Numbered from the stretch's first letter, positions 52,581-62,050 are shown. The stretch is 64,000 nucleotides of DNA from Rhodanobacter sp. (GCA_030148505.1 JASBTI010000038.1:10704-74703); one strand, 5' to 3'. Made by a program: numbers and translations. Notes: generated by a model not told the origin, from the letters alone.

Positions 52581-53681
52581 TCACGGTACCCTGACGACAT
52601 TGCCGTCGATACCCAATTTGGCCTTGATCGCATCGTGCATGCGCTGGGCATCGGTACGTTGGGTCTGCGGACCGGCGCGGACCCGCCAGAGCTGCTTGCC
52701 GCCGGACTGCACCGAATCCACGAAACCGTTGAAACCAGCAGTGCGCACCTTGTCTCGCAGCGCGATGGCATCCGCCTTGTTGCTCATCGCCGCGAGCTGC
52801 ACTGCCCAACCACCCGCCTTCATCGCTTTTGCACCGGCCGCCGTCACAGCAGATGCCTGGCTATCCGCAGCGGCATCCTGCACCAGCCGCGCCGGTACCC
52901 CGGGGATCGACTGGGTAATCTTCAATCGCGCGGCCTCTGCTGCCGTGCGGGTCTCGAAAGGACCGGCGATAACCAAGGTGCGTTGCTTGCCAGCATGCGT
53001 CATCGGGTACCCCTTTACCGGATAACCCAAGGCGCGAACCCGCCTCTCCAATCGGGCTGCACCGGACGCACTGGCATACGCGCTGAGGTTGAGCGTGTAG
53101 GCACCGTGGCCAGTGGCTTCGCTCACGCGAGCCTTGGCTTTGCCCGGAACCTCGGTTGCCGGCTTTGCCGGTGCCCTGGCGGGGGCCACTTCCGGTTTGG
53201 GCGGTGCCACCTCTGATCCGGTCGCTGTCGGCGTCTTGCTGGGGGCCACGGCAGTGGCCTTGCTCTGTGCCGGAATCACCGGCTGCGAGGGCGAGGCACC
53301 GGAACCGATCGTCACCGTAGTGGGCATAGGCGGTTTGCCTGCTTGCGCGTCGGTTTCCACGTCGCGGGGACGGTTCGACCCTATGTTCACCGTAGGCAGT
53401 TGATCGCTGGAAGCCGGTGGCGCACTCGACTCGCTCGAGGCGACACTCGATCCGCTGCTGAGCGCATCGGGCGCCAGATTCATCGTCTTGGTCTTCAGCG
53501 CCTGTTCGGGTGAATTCGGAATGGCCAGACTGACGGCATGGTCCCCGTCGGCGGGCGACGACTTGCCGCTGAAAACCATCGGTAGAAAGATCACCGCCAA
53601 GGCAATCAGGACGGCAGCTCCCAGCAAGCGTGTATTCAAGACTTCGCTCCAAAACGGCAAACGCGACAGGTGACCGGGCAA
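52581..53681 (-). CDS. SPOR domain-containing cell division protein (DedD-like)
   Basis: 366 aa with an N-terminal TM segment, a Pro/Ala/Ser-rich linker and two C-terminal SPOR-like repeats (YTLNLSAYAS...; WAVQLAAMSNKADAIALRDKV...). It occupies the dedD position in the folC-dedD-cvpA-purF order. Confidence 0.82.
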   Translation of the reverse strand: MPGHLSRLPFWSEVLNTRLLGAAVLIALAVIFLPMVFSGKSSPADGDHAVSLAIPNSPEQALKTKTMNLAPDALSSGSSVASSESSAPPASSDQLPTVNIGSNRPRDVETDAQAGKPPMPTTVTIGSGASPSQPVIPAQSKATAVAPSKTPTATGSEVAPPKPEVAPARAPAKPATEVPGKAKARVSEATGHGAYTLNLSAYASASGAARLERRVRALGYPVKGYPMTHAGKQRTLVIAGPFETRTAAEAARLKITQSIPGVPARLVQDAAADSQASAVTAAGAKAMKAGGWAVQLAAMSNKADAIALRDKVRTAGFNGFVDSVQSGGKQLWRVRAGPQTQRTDAQRMHDAIKAKLGIDGNVVRVP

Positions 53682-53729
53682 TTATACCCGTCCGCGCCCG
53701 AAGCCATGCTCCCTGCCGCGGACACCGGT

Positions 53730-55022
53730 TCAGTCTTGCTGGGCAGCGATTACTGCACTGGCTACGAAAAACGAGCCAAACGCCAGGATGCAACCTCCTG
53801 CTGGCGTCGTGGCACGGGCCGCAGCCAGCGCTTGCGCCACCTCCTGATATTCGCCGAACCTCGCCTCCGGCAGCGCCTGGCGCAAGGTAGTCGCCAGCTG
53901 CGGCGCGGCCACTCCCCGTGGGGTAACGCGGTCCAGTCCCGCCAGGTGCCAGTGCTCGACGCGTTCGCCGAGCGCCGTCATTACGCCGGCGATGTCCTTG
54001 TCGGCCAGGGCACCGTAGACCACATGAAGCGGACCGCGCACACACCGATCCAGCCATTCGGCCAGCGCGCGCGCAGCCTGGGGATTGTGCCCCACGTCCA
54101 CCATCAGCATCGGATCGCCACCTAGCGACTGCAGGCGCGCTGGCACCTTCGCCGTCTGCAGGCCCACCTGCACCGCCGTGAGAAAGTCGTCGACAGCTAG
54201 CGAGCCGTCGGCATACAGCGTGTGCAGCGCGGCAATTGCCGTGCTGGCGTTGACGAATTGTACTGGCGCGGTCAATGCCGGATCGGGCAGGTGCAGCACC
54301 GCCCCGTCGCGATGCCGCCATCGCCATCCACTCGCCTCGCGTTCGAACCAAAAATCGATACCGGCGCGCTCGATCCACGCGTCAGAAGCGGTGAGCGCGT
54401 CGATCAGGCCGTTCGGCGGGTCCGCTTCGCCGACGATCGCCGGCCGGCCAGCGCGGGCAATCCCGGCCTTTTCACGGCCGATGCTGTCGCGATCCGCACC
54501 CAGCCATTCCATGTGGTCCAGATCTACCGTGGTAATGATGGCCACATCGGCATCGACGATATTCACCGCGTCAAGCCGGCCACCCAGACCCACTTCGAGG
54601 ATTGCCACGTCGAGCAGGTCCTGCGCGAACAGATCCAGCGCCGCCAACGTGCCGAATTCGAAATAGGTCAAGGGAATCGCCTCGGCCCCGTCAGCACCGC
54701 GCGCCGTTTCGATCCGCTCGAACGCCGCCGTCAACTGCGCATCATCGACGTCGATACCGTCGATACGAACCCGTTCGTTGTAAGTGAGCAGATGGGGCGA
54801 GGTAAAGCAGCCCACGCGCAGGCCGGCAGCCATCAACATGGCTTCCAGCAAGGCTACCGTCGAACCCTTGCCATTGGTTCCAGCTACCGTGATCACCTGC
54901 GGTGCCGGAGCCGCCGCACCCATGCGCTGCCATACCGCGTTGACGCGATCGAGCCCCAGCTCGACGCTGCGCGGGTTGACGCATTCCTGATAGGCCAGCC
55001 ATTCAGCGAGGGTACGGGACAT
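53730..55022 (-). CDS. folC: bifunctional folylpolyglutamate synthase/dihydrofolate synthase
   Basis: 430-aa Mur ligase family protein with the P-loop VAGTNGKGST. Confidence 0.94.
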   Translation of the reverse strand: MSRTLAEWLAYQECVNPRSVELGLDRVNAVWQRMGAAAPAPQVITVAGTNGKGSTVALLEAMLMAAGLRVGCFTSPHLLTYNERVRIDGIDVDDAQLTAAFERIETARGADGAEAIPLTYFEFGTLAALDLFAQDLLDVAILEVGLGGRLDAVNIVDADVAIITTVDLDHMEWLGADRDSIGREKAGIARAGRPAIVGEADPPNGLIDALTASDAWIERAGIDFWFEREASGWRWRHRDGAVLHLPDPALTAPVQFVNASTAIAALHTLYADGSLAVDDFLTAVQVGLQTAKVPARLQSLGGDPMLMVDVGHNPQAARALAEWLDRCVRGPLHVVYGALADKDIAGVMTALGERVEHWHLAGLDRVTPRGVAAPQLATTLRQALPEARFGEYQEVAQALAAARATTPAGGCILAFGSFFVASAVIAAQQD

Positions 55023-55213
55023 GCAGGTGTTTCACCGGGTGGAGGGGACTGGGGCCCGCCGTTTTCTGGCAGGAGAGGTAGTGCACAAGCCCAGCTTAGA
55101 GGACCGTGGCCCGGTCACCGTCGACAGCGCTGCTTACCCCCCGCGAGGGCGGCCAAAGCGCTGCGGCGATGAGGATTCGCCCACGCTGCCTCAGCAGGCG
55201 TGAACTAGCAAAT

Positions 55214-55639
55214 TCACGGCGGCAGCTCATCGTCGCTCAAGGCGCGCAAAATCGGACACTGCTCCGGTGCACCATGGCCCGGACAGGCGCTGACCAGCTG
55301 CGCCAGGCCATCGCGTACCCGCTGCAATTCGGCAAGCCGCGCATCCAGCACCGCCAGTCGGGCCTGCGCCCGCGCCTTCACCGCCTTCACACCGCGCTTC
55401 CGGTCCCCCGAGAGCGTCAGCAACTCGCGAATCTCCTCCAGCGTGAAACCCAGCGCCTTGGCGCGCCGGATAAAACGCAGCTGGACAAGCGTGGCGGCAC
55501 CGTAACTGCGGTAACCCGAGGCTCGCCGCGCCGGTTCCGGCAGCAGGCCTTCACGCTCGTAGTAGCGGATGGTGTCGATCGCCACCCCTACTTGCTTGGC
55601 AACCATGCCGATGGTCAGAGAGGTAACTTGCGTGTTCAT
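55214..55639 (-). CDS. MerR family transcriptional regulator (metal-sensor type C-terminus)
   Basis: 141 aa with an N-terminal wHTH (LTIGMVAKQVGVAIDTIRYYEREGLL), a dimerisation helix and the C-terminal loop ACPGHGAPEQCPIL, which resembles the CueR-type CPGDDSADCPI loop. Confidence 0.85.
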   Translation of the reverse strand: MNTQVTSLTIGMVAKQVGVAIDTIRYYEREGLLPEPARRASGYRSYGAATLVQLRFIRRAKALGFTLEEIRELLTLSGDRKRGVKAVKARAQARLAVLDARLAELQRVRDGLAQLVSACPGHGAPEQCPILRALSDDELPP

Positions 55640-55688
55640 GCAGTAAGTCTAGACCATGGATCAACCTCCAAGGCAAGACCCGATGTGC

Positions 55689-56210
<522 letters not shown>

Positions 56211-56339
56211 CTACAAAGGTTTCGGTACGCATTGGCAGTAGCGTGGTTTTGGCAAGAGGCCGTTTTTGTCCGACATCTGATGGTCTCCCCGGATCACGGA
56301 TTTGCGCATTCCCTGGACACTGGCGTACTTCCGGACAGC

Positions 56340-58985
56340 TCAGGCGTCGATCAATTCATGGATCTTGTTGGCGAAGGCCGTCAAGTCGAATGGCTTGGTG
56401 ATCACCGACATGCCGGGCTCCAGCTGACCGTCCCCTATCGCGGCATTTTCTGCATACCCCGTAATGAAAAGTATCTTGAGATCCGGACGCGTGACCCGCG
56501 CCGCGTCGGCCACTTGCCGACCGTTGAGCCCTCCGGGCAAGCCGACATCGGTGACCAGAAGATCAACCTGTGGCACGGTTTGCAACAACTGCAAACCGGA
56601 GGGCCCGTCTTCCGCCTCGATGACACAATAACCACGCTCCGCCAAAACTTCGGTTACCAGCATGCGAATAACCGGTTCGTCGTCGATAACCAGGACGACT
56701 TCCCCCGCCCCGACACGGACATCAGCGTCCACGCCCCGGTCTTCCGCCACGACCTCACCGCGGTGACGCGGCAGATAAAGGCTCAGGGTGGTGCCGCTCT
56801 GCGCCTTGGAATGAATCTGCACTCCGCCGCCCGACTGCCGCACGAAGCCGTAGATCATCGACAGCCCCAGGCCGGTGCCCTGTCCCAGAGGCTTGGTAGT
56901 AAAAAACGGATCGAAGGCCTTGGCCATCACATCCGGAGTCATGCCCATCCCGGTGTCGGTAACTGTAAGCAAGACGTAATGCCCAGCAGGCAATTGGTAT
57001 TCGCGCGCCTCCGCTTCGTCCAGGCACTTGTTGACGGTCTCTATGGTGATTTTCCCACCGTCTGGCGCCATGGCATCACGGGCATTGATGCAGAGATTCA
57101 GAAGCGTATTCTCAAGCTGCCCTTCATCGAGCTTGGTTACCCAAAGGTCCTCGCCCGGCACGACCCGGATTTGGACATGGGGGCCGACTGAACGTTGCAG
57201 TAGATCGAACAAGCTCGCAATCATGCGATTGATGTCCAGTGGCCGGGGATCCAGGGTCTGCCGTCGGGAAAAAGCCAGCAGGCGCTGGGTCAGCGCAGCA
57301 GCACGGCGCGTGGCCTCCTGAGCCGTCGAGATATATCGCTCATGCTCAGACAAATCCCCTTCTGAAAGGTGCTTTTCCAGCAATCCCAGGCAACCGTCGA
57401 TTCCGGCGAGAAGGTTATTGAAATCATGTGCAATGCCACCGGTAAGCTGGCCGATCGCCTCCATCTTCTGTGACTGGCGCAAAGCCTCCTCTGCCTGCAT
57501 CAATTCCCGGGTCCGCGCCGCTACATTGGCCTCCAGGGTTTCGTTGGCCTGACGCAGACGCATCTCGCTGTCGCGAAGAGCCGACGTTACCCTCAGGCGC
57601 TCGGTTGCGGTGCGCGTACGTGCCGCGAACTCCCGAACCAAGGCCAGATCTTCCGATGGCCACGGGCGAGGATCGGCATGACTGAGGTAAAGCAGCGCAA
57701 CAAGACCGCCCTGTTCGGTGACCGGCATGTTAACCAGCGCACGCGCGTCGATCGCCTTCAATGCATCCGCCATGGCGGCGGTGCGCGGGTCCAACTCCGC
57801 GTCCTCCAATACCACCGTGTCGCCGCGTGCCAGGTCCTCGATATAGGAGCCGTAGTTGCGAAAGTGCAGCGTCCCGGCCAGTGTCGCCACGCCCGGGGCA
57901 TGCCAATCCCGATTGATGCTGATGGTCTCTGCGGCAATGTCGACGATACCGTAGCCTGCGCGGCTTATGCCTAACGTTTGGCCAAGAATCTCCGCGGCCG
58001 CATAGGCCAGCTCTTCCGGGTCGTCCATATCCCGGATCCTGTCGGTCAGCATGACGAGTGCCTCCCGTTTAAGCTCGGCCCTCTTGCGCGAGGTGATATC
58101 GAAGGTTACGCCAGGAAAGCGCGCTGCCCGGCCATCCGCCCCTGCCACGCAGCGACCTTGGGCGCTTACCCAGCGCTCGCTCCCGTTCGCCTGCACAAGC
58201 CTGTACTCGGCACTGAAATCGGCGCAATCCGCAAGCGCCTTGTCGATGGCAACACGAACCTGAGGCGCATCTTCCGGATGGACCGCCCGGAAGAATTCGG
58301 CCAGCGGCGCACCGCCCGCGGCCTTGACCGGATCCACCCCGTAAAGCTTGGCAAAGCGGGCATCGGCCACCAGGCGGTTGGCGAGAACATCCCAGTCCCA
58401 TGTTCCTACCCCGCCGCCCACAGCGAGCGCCATCTGCAAGCGCTCTTCGGCCTCCTGCGCCAAGCGGAGGGATTGAATCTGCGCCGTTGTCTCGATGCAG
58501 GTGCCAAACAAGCCACCGATGTCGCCCTGCTGGTCCGGTGCCGGGTTATAAGAGAAAGCGAAATGCGCTTCTTCCAGAACGCCGCGACGATCCAGCTCCA
58601 ATGAAATATCTTCCATTTGCACGGGCTGGCCAGCGAATACCTGATCGAACATCGGCTCCAGAACCTGCCAGGCTTCCGACCACACTTCACGACTCGGATG
58701 TCCTAAGGCCTGCGGATGCTTGCGGCCGAGGATCGGTATGAAGGCATCGTTGTAGAGCCAGGTTCTTTCCGGGCCCCATGCCATGAACATCGGCTGCGCC
58801 GAGTTCAACATCAACCCACTGAAATTTCGCAACGACGGCGGCCAGCTCTCCAGCGGACCTAGCGGGGTCGACGACCAGTCCAGCGCAAGGGTTCGGTCCG
58901 CCATTTCTCCCTCGCAGCGAAACCATGGGGGCCGCACCCGTCCCGGAGCCTCCGAGCTTTGCAGTGTCAGGTCGTAATTCGTCAT
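56340..58985 (-). CDS. cytoplasmic hybrid sensor histidine kinase/response regulator (PAS-PAS-GAF-HisKA-HATPase-REC)
   Basis: 881 aa with no obvious TM segment. It has an H-box (GGIAHDFNNLL), N/G boxes (LNLCINARDAM, DTGMGM, GTGLGLS) and a C-terminal receiver (VVLVIDDEP...VTDVGLPGGLNG). The start may be the internal ATG giving MADRTLALDW. Confidence 0.9.
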   Translation of the reverse strand: MTNYDLTLQSSEAPGRVRPPWFRCEGEMADRTLALDWSSTPLGPLESWPPSLRNFSGLMLNSAQPMFMAWGPERTWLYNDAFIPILGRKHPQALGHPSREVWSEAWQVLEPMFDQVFAGQPVQMEDISLELDRRGVLEEAHFAFSYNPAPDQQGDIGGLFGTCIETTAQIQSLRLAQEAEERLQMALAVGGGVGTWDWDVLANRLVADARFAKLYGVDPVKAAGGAPLAEFFRAVHPEDAPQVRVAIDKALADCADFSAEYRLVQANGSERWVSAQGRCVAGADGRAARFPGVTFDITSRKRAELKREALVMLTDRIRDMDDPEELAYAAAEILGQTLGISRAGYGIVDIAAETISINRDWHAPGVATLAGTLHFRNYGSYIEDLARGDTVVLEDAELDPRTAAMADALKAIDARALVNMPVTEQGGLVALLYLSHADPRPWPSEDLALVREFAARTRTATERLRVTSALRDSEMRLRQANETLEANVAARTRELMQAEEALRQSQKMEAIGQLTGGIAHDFNNLLAGIDGCLGLLEKHLSEGDLSEHERYISTAQEATRRAAALTQRLLAFSRRQTLDPRPLDINRMIASLFDLLQRSVGPHVQIRVVPGEDLWVTKLDEGQLENTLLNLCINARDAMAPDGGKITIETVNKCLDEAEAREYQLPAGHYVLLTVTDTGMGMTPDVMAKAFDPFFTTKPLGQGTGLGLSMIYGFVRQSGGGVQIHSKAQSGTTLSLYLPRHRGEVVAEDRGVDADVRVGAGEVVLVIDDEPVIRMLVTEVLAERGYCVIEAEDGPSGLQLLQTVPQVDLLVTDVGLPGGLNGRQVADAARVTRPDLKILFITGYAENAAIGDGQLEPGMSVITKPFDLTAFANKIHELIDA

Positions 58986-59655
58986 CCGAAAGCCCGTTCA
59001 GCCGTCTTTTGCACTACTTGCGATGTCGTTCGATCCTTTCTCACATCTGGCGCGCCGTACCGAAACTGCACGAGGCGTTCATTCACTACACGCTTTTCTG
59101 TCATTCCCGCAGATCGGTGAATCCGGACGCAGGAGCGGCCGTCACCCTGCCTGGGGGAGTGTGCATCTGACGTTGTCTTCGCAAATTGTATGACTGCATG
59201 ATCTGGCCGCGACTCCCGCAATGATGGGCTGCCTGGTAAGCACGAACACCGTCAGTTTCACGCACACCGCATACCCCAGGGCGACGGGGACTGCAGCGTG
59301 GGATGCATGCCTTCCCCGAGGGGACGATCGCAATGACGATAGCCGCTACCCCGCTACCCAACAACACTGGTCGGCATGATCTGTTCGCGACGACGGGCAG
59401 CTACAGGCTACACCCTACGGAAAAGGTGGAGAGGCGCTCGAACGGAGGGTGTGGAACGGCTGGTATCCGAGCCGTCCCGATGAGCGATGGCAGCGAATTC
59501 CTGCAACAAAACTGGCGAAGCTTACTTTCGCTGTGCGCTGCTGGCTTCATAACCGCGTCGCCCCTATCGATTCCACCTCGACATCCTCTCGCGACGTGCG
59601 GAGTAGCCACGCTAGGTCACCCAGCTGGCCGCCATCCCTGAAACCAACCTCCGCT

Positions 59656-59670
59656 CATTCCCATTCGATC
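59656..59670. repeat. att-like direct repeat (distal copy of the guaA 3' terminus)
   Basis: The reverse complement ATCGAATGGGAATGA still reads I-E-W-E-stop, mimicking the guaA terminus ATCGAATGGGAGTGA at 62051-62065. Confidence 0.65.
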
Positions 59671-59729
59671 ATCAACGAGTCACGCAAGTCCGCGTGATTA
59701 AAGGGCTTGGCGTTGATCGACATGAGCCT

Positions 59730-59751
59730 TTACCGTCGCTTTTACCGTCAG
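59730..59751 (+). repeat. two tandem TTTACCGTC(A) motifs (candidate arm-type recombinase sites)
   Basis: TTTACCGTC at 59730-59738 and TTTACCGTCA at 59742-59751. They have the same orientation as the three copies at 61831-61924. Confidence 0.55.
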
Positions 59752-59810
59752 AAAAACATGCCCTTTGCTGGCGCGGGTTTGCGCGGCATCGGCCCATCAT
59801 CAATCAGCGC

Positions 59811-60731
59811 CTAGGATAGCGCAATCAGCCGCGTGGCGAGCAAGCCGGCCTGCTCGGCAAACTTCCTCGCATCAGTCTTCTGCAACTGCGCCAGGTTGTG
59901 CAGCTTCCAGCGGATGCCCGGCAGGTGTTCGAGGTGCGCGATGCCGAGCAGCGACCACTCCGGCGCGCCGGCGGTCAGCGACAGCAGAAAGCGTCGCTCG
60001 TTGTCGTCCAAGCCCTGTTGGATTTCGCGCACCATGCGTTCTCGCGCGGCAAGCAACGCATCGAGCGGCACCGGCTCGGCCGTCATGCCTTGGAAGTTGT
60101 GCTCGTAGTCGTGTCGGATGTCGCGCAGCGGCGTGAACAGCACCTCATGGATCGGTCGGTTGCTGCTCGACAGATAGACCACGAAAGCGCGCCGGATGCC
60201 GGGCGTGATGCCCTCGTGTGCAAAGAGCTGCATCACGTCGAACAGGTCGCGCGGGTGTTGCCGATCCAGCGCCGCCACCAGCTTGCCGCCGTACACGTCT
60301 TCCAGCGACACCACCGGGATGTCCAGATCGGCCATCAGCACATCGCGGGCGGGCGGCGTGAGCGAAGCACGGCGCACCGGCTGCACGGTGCCGCGCATGA
60401 CGAAATTGACTTCGACCTTGACCTGAATCGAGCCGCGGCGCACCAGCAGCTTGGTCTCCCCTGCTGCTGCCGCCGGCGTGTGCGTCTGGAATCCTCGCTT
60501 CTTCAACCGCTCGGCGGCTTGCCGGACGGCTCCGTTGATGCGCGTCAGCGCCTCGTCGCGCGGCAGCGTGTGATCGGGAAAGACCAAATCGAGATCGACC
60601 GACAAGCGCGGCATGTCGCGCACGAACAGGTTGATCGCCGTGCCGCCCTTCAATGCGAAGGTGTCGTCCACGAACACCAGCGGCGCCACCTGCGTCAGCA
60701 GGCGCGCGGTATCGAGGTAGGTCTGGTTCAT
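59811..60731 (-). CDS. nucleotidyltransferase AbiEii/AbiGii toxin family protein
   Basis: Trimmed to MNQTYLDTARLLTQVAPLVFVDDTFALKGGTAINLFVRDMPRLSVDLDLVF (DUF1814-type NTase motifs). The ATG overlaps the AbiEi stop (ATGA). 306 aa. Confidence 0.85.
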   Translation of the reverse strand: MNQTYLDTARLLTQVAPLVFVDDTFALKGGTAINLFVRDMPRLSVDLDLVFPDHTLPRDEALTRINGAVRQAAERLKKRGFQTHTPAAAAGETKLLVRRGSIQVKVEVNFVMRGTVQPVRRASLTPPARDVLMADLDIPVVSLEDVYGGKLVAALDRQHPRDLFDVMQLFAHEGITPGIRRAFVVYLSSSNRPIHEVLFTPLRDIRHDYEHNFQGMTAEPVPLDALLAARERMVREIQQGLDDNERRFLLSLTAGAPEWSLLGIAHLEHLPGIRWKLHNLAQLQKTDARKFAEQAGLLATRLIALS

Positions 60732-61465
60732 GGCTTGAGCACTAGCAAGCCATCGGCCGATCGGGATACCCAGGGCCGGTCGCTGCCCGTCGGCAACGTG
60801 GTCGGGTCGAGCTTGTCCACCCAAGGCAGCGCACCCTTGTGGCCGAGTTGCAGACACAGCCGCACGGTCTTGACGCTCGTGCAGTGCTGCAACAGCTCGC
60901 GCAGCACGTCGGCGCGCAGGCTGTAGGCGCTTTCGACGAGTTCGCGGGCTTCCTGCAAGGGCTGACGCACGCCGACTTCGCTCAATAGTTCCAACAAGGC
61001 GCGCTCCGGCGCCGACACCTTCGGCGCTCCGCTGCGCTGCTCGAACGGGTCGACGTGCAGCAAGGCGGCCGGCTGCTCATCGAACAGGCGCTTGCGGTGG
61101 TACTCGGCCGGGAAGCGTTCGGTGAACCATTCCGGCAGACGTGCCGCCGTCCATCCATACAGATGCAGCGCCGGTTGCTGCGACACGTACTGGCGCATGC
61201 CATACCAGTCGAGCGCCGACTTGCCGCCAACGTGCAGGCCCTCGAACCTGCGCTGCAACAGCAGTAGGCTGGGATGCAAGGCCAGGGTGTCGTTCGGGCG
61301 ACCGAACACCCCGCGGGCCAAGCGCGTGAGCCAACCCGCCCGCACGTAGTGGACGGCCAGGTCGGCAGAGATGCCCAGCGCCGCCAAGTCCTCCGAGGTC
61401 AGCGGCGTCCCCGGTGCCAGCCGGGTATAGAGCGCATTTAGTTTACTTTGAGTAGTCGTAGCCAT
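60728..61465 (-). CDS. type IV toxin-antitoxin AbiEi family antitoxin/transcriptional regulator
   Basis: Trimmed to MATTTQSKLNALYTRLAPGTPLTSEDLAALGISADLAVHYVRAGWLTRLARGVF (N-terminal wHTH typical of AbiEi). It lies directly upstream of, and is translationally coupled to, the AbiEii gene. 245 aa. Confidence 0.82.
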   Translation of the reverse strand: MATTTQSKLNALYTRLAPGTPLTSEDLAALGISADLAVHYVRAGWLTRLARGVFGRPNDTLALHPSLLLLQRRFEGLHVGGKSALDWYGMRQYVSQQPALHLYGWTAARLPEWFTERFPAEYHRKRLFDEQPAALLHVDPFEQRSGAPKVSAPERALLELLSEVGVRQPLQEARELVESAYSLRADVLRELLQHCTSVKTVRLCLQLGHKGALPWVDKLDPTTLPTGSDRPWVSRSADGLLVLKP

Positions 61466-61474
61466 ACTACGACT
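61454..61474. promoter_or_regulatory. inverted repeat spanning the abiEi start codon (candidate operator)
   Basis: AGTCGTAG-ccata-CTACGACT (8-bp arms) with the ATG in the loop. A related TCGTA-N7-TACGA repeat lies at 61521-61537. Confidence 0.45.
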
Positions 61475-61501
61475 TTTACAACTTTTCCAAGCACAAGTCA
61501 A
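61473..61501 (-). promoter_or_regulatory. candidate sigma70 promoter of abiEi-abiEii
   Basis: On the minus strand: TTGACT, 17 nt, TAAAAG. The -10 element ends 7 nt before the ATG, implying a leaderless or near-leaderless transcript. Confidence 0.4.
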
Positions 61502-61664
61502 TTTGATATGGCGGCTCCAATCGTAGTCTTGATACGACAATCGCAACATATCCAAACTTCACCCCCTTCGGCACAGCCTCGCGGGAAGACGGTCGGTTGC
61601 CGTCTCCCTGCCTCGCCCGAACCCCCGCCCCCCCCGCGATGAACGCCTCTAGCATGGGCGGGAT

Positions 61665-61820
61665 CAGCGTCTCGCGTCGGCCGTTGAGGCGGTAGTCATA
61701 GCGGAAGGTGACAGTACCGCCAGGCGATACCGTCACGTACATTCTGTTCCGGTCAGAAGCCTTATAAATCTTGGACTTAGGCTTCAGATTGCGTAGTGCA
61801 GCGTCGAGGTTTCCTCCGAC
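61665..61820 (-). pseudogene. P4-type tyrosine integrase, N-terminal (DUF4102-like) fragment only
   Basis: The minus-strand frame reads ...GNLDAALRNLKPKSKIYKASDRNRMYVTVSPGGTVTFRYDYRLNGRRETL, which matches the conserved N-terminal arm-binding region of P4-like integrases. Similarity stops after RRETL. There is no start codon and no catalytic domain. Confidence 0.7.
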
Positions 61821-61830
61821 TTCTGACGGC

Positions 61831-61924
61831 TTTACCGTCAGGTTTTACCGTCAAGGACCTGGAGACCTGCTGATGCCCGGAAAGCCGCATAAAACAAGCT
61901 TTCCCGAGGAGGCTTTTACCGTCA
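61831..61924 (+). repeat. three TTTACCGTCA motifs near the guaA-proximal end of the islet
   Basis: Exact TTTACCGTCA at 61831-61840, 61844-61853 and 61915-61924. The first is part of the hairpin CTGACGG-cttta-CCGTCAG. Confidence 0.55.
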
Positions 61925-62050
61925 GCTCTACCGCCAACTTTTTCTGCTGGCCGGCGATAGCCACGATAGCTTCCGCGACGTATTTATTTCTAAATCAACA
62001 TCTTACGTCGGCATTTCGATAGCTGGCGATAGTCCTCGAAGGACGTAAAT

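Noticed and set aside
52861-54378. 505-aa minus-strand ORF spanning the folC/SPOR-gene junction in an alternative frame.
   Set aside because: It overlaps two well-supported genes out of frame, is Arg/Gly/Ala/Cys-rich and has no motif support.
55640-55688. MerR-type operator upstream of the MerR gene (CCATGG-centred partial dyad TCTAGACCATGGATCA).
   Set aside because: Only the 6-bp core is symmetric. There is no convincing 19-20-bp-spacer promoter architecture.
59303-59641. 112-aa plus-strand ORF in the kinase-islet gap, together with overlapping minus-strand ORFs at 59101-59367 and 59401-59610.
   Set aside because: They have no start context or homology that I recognise, show poor codon bias and overlap one another. 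The interval is reported as unexplained non-coding DNA instead.
61476-61742. 88-aa ORF called as a possible small gene upstream of abiEi.
   Set aside because: Its first 26 residues are the tail of the integrase N-terminal fragment. The rest reads through a homopolymer tract and the abiEi promoter, so it is a pseudogene read-through rather than a gene.
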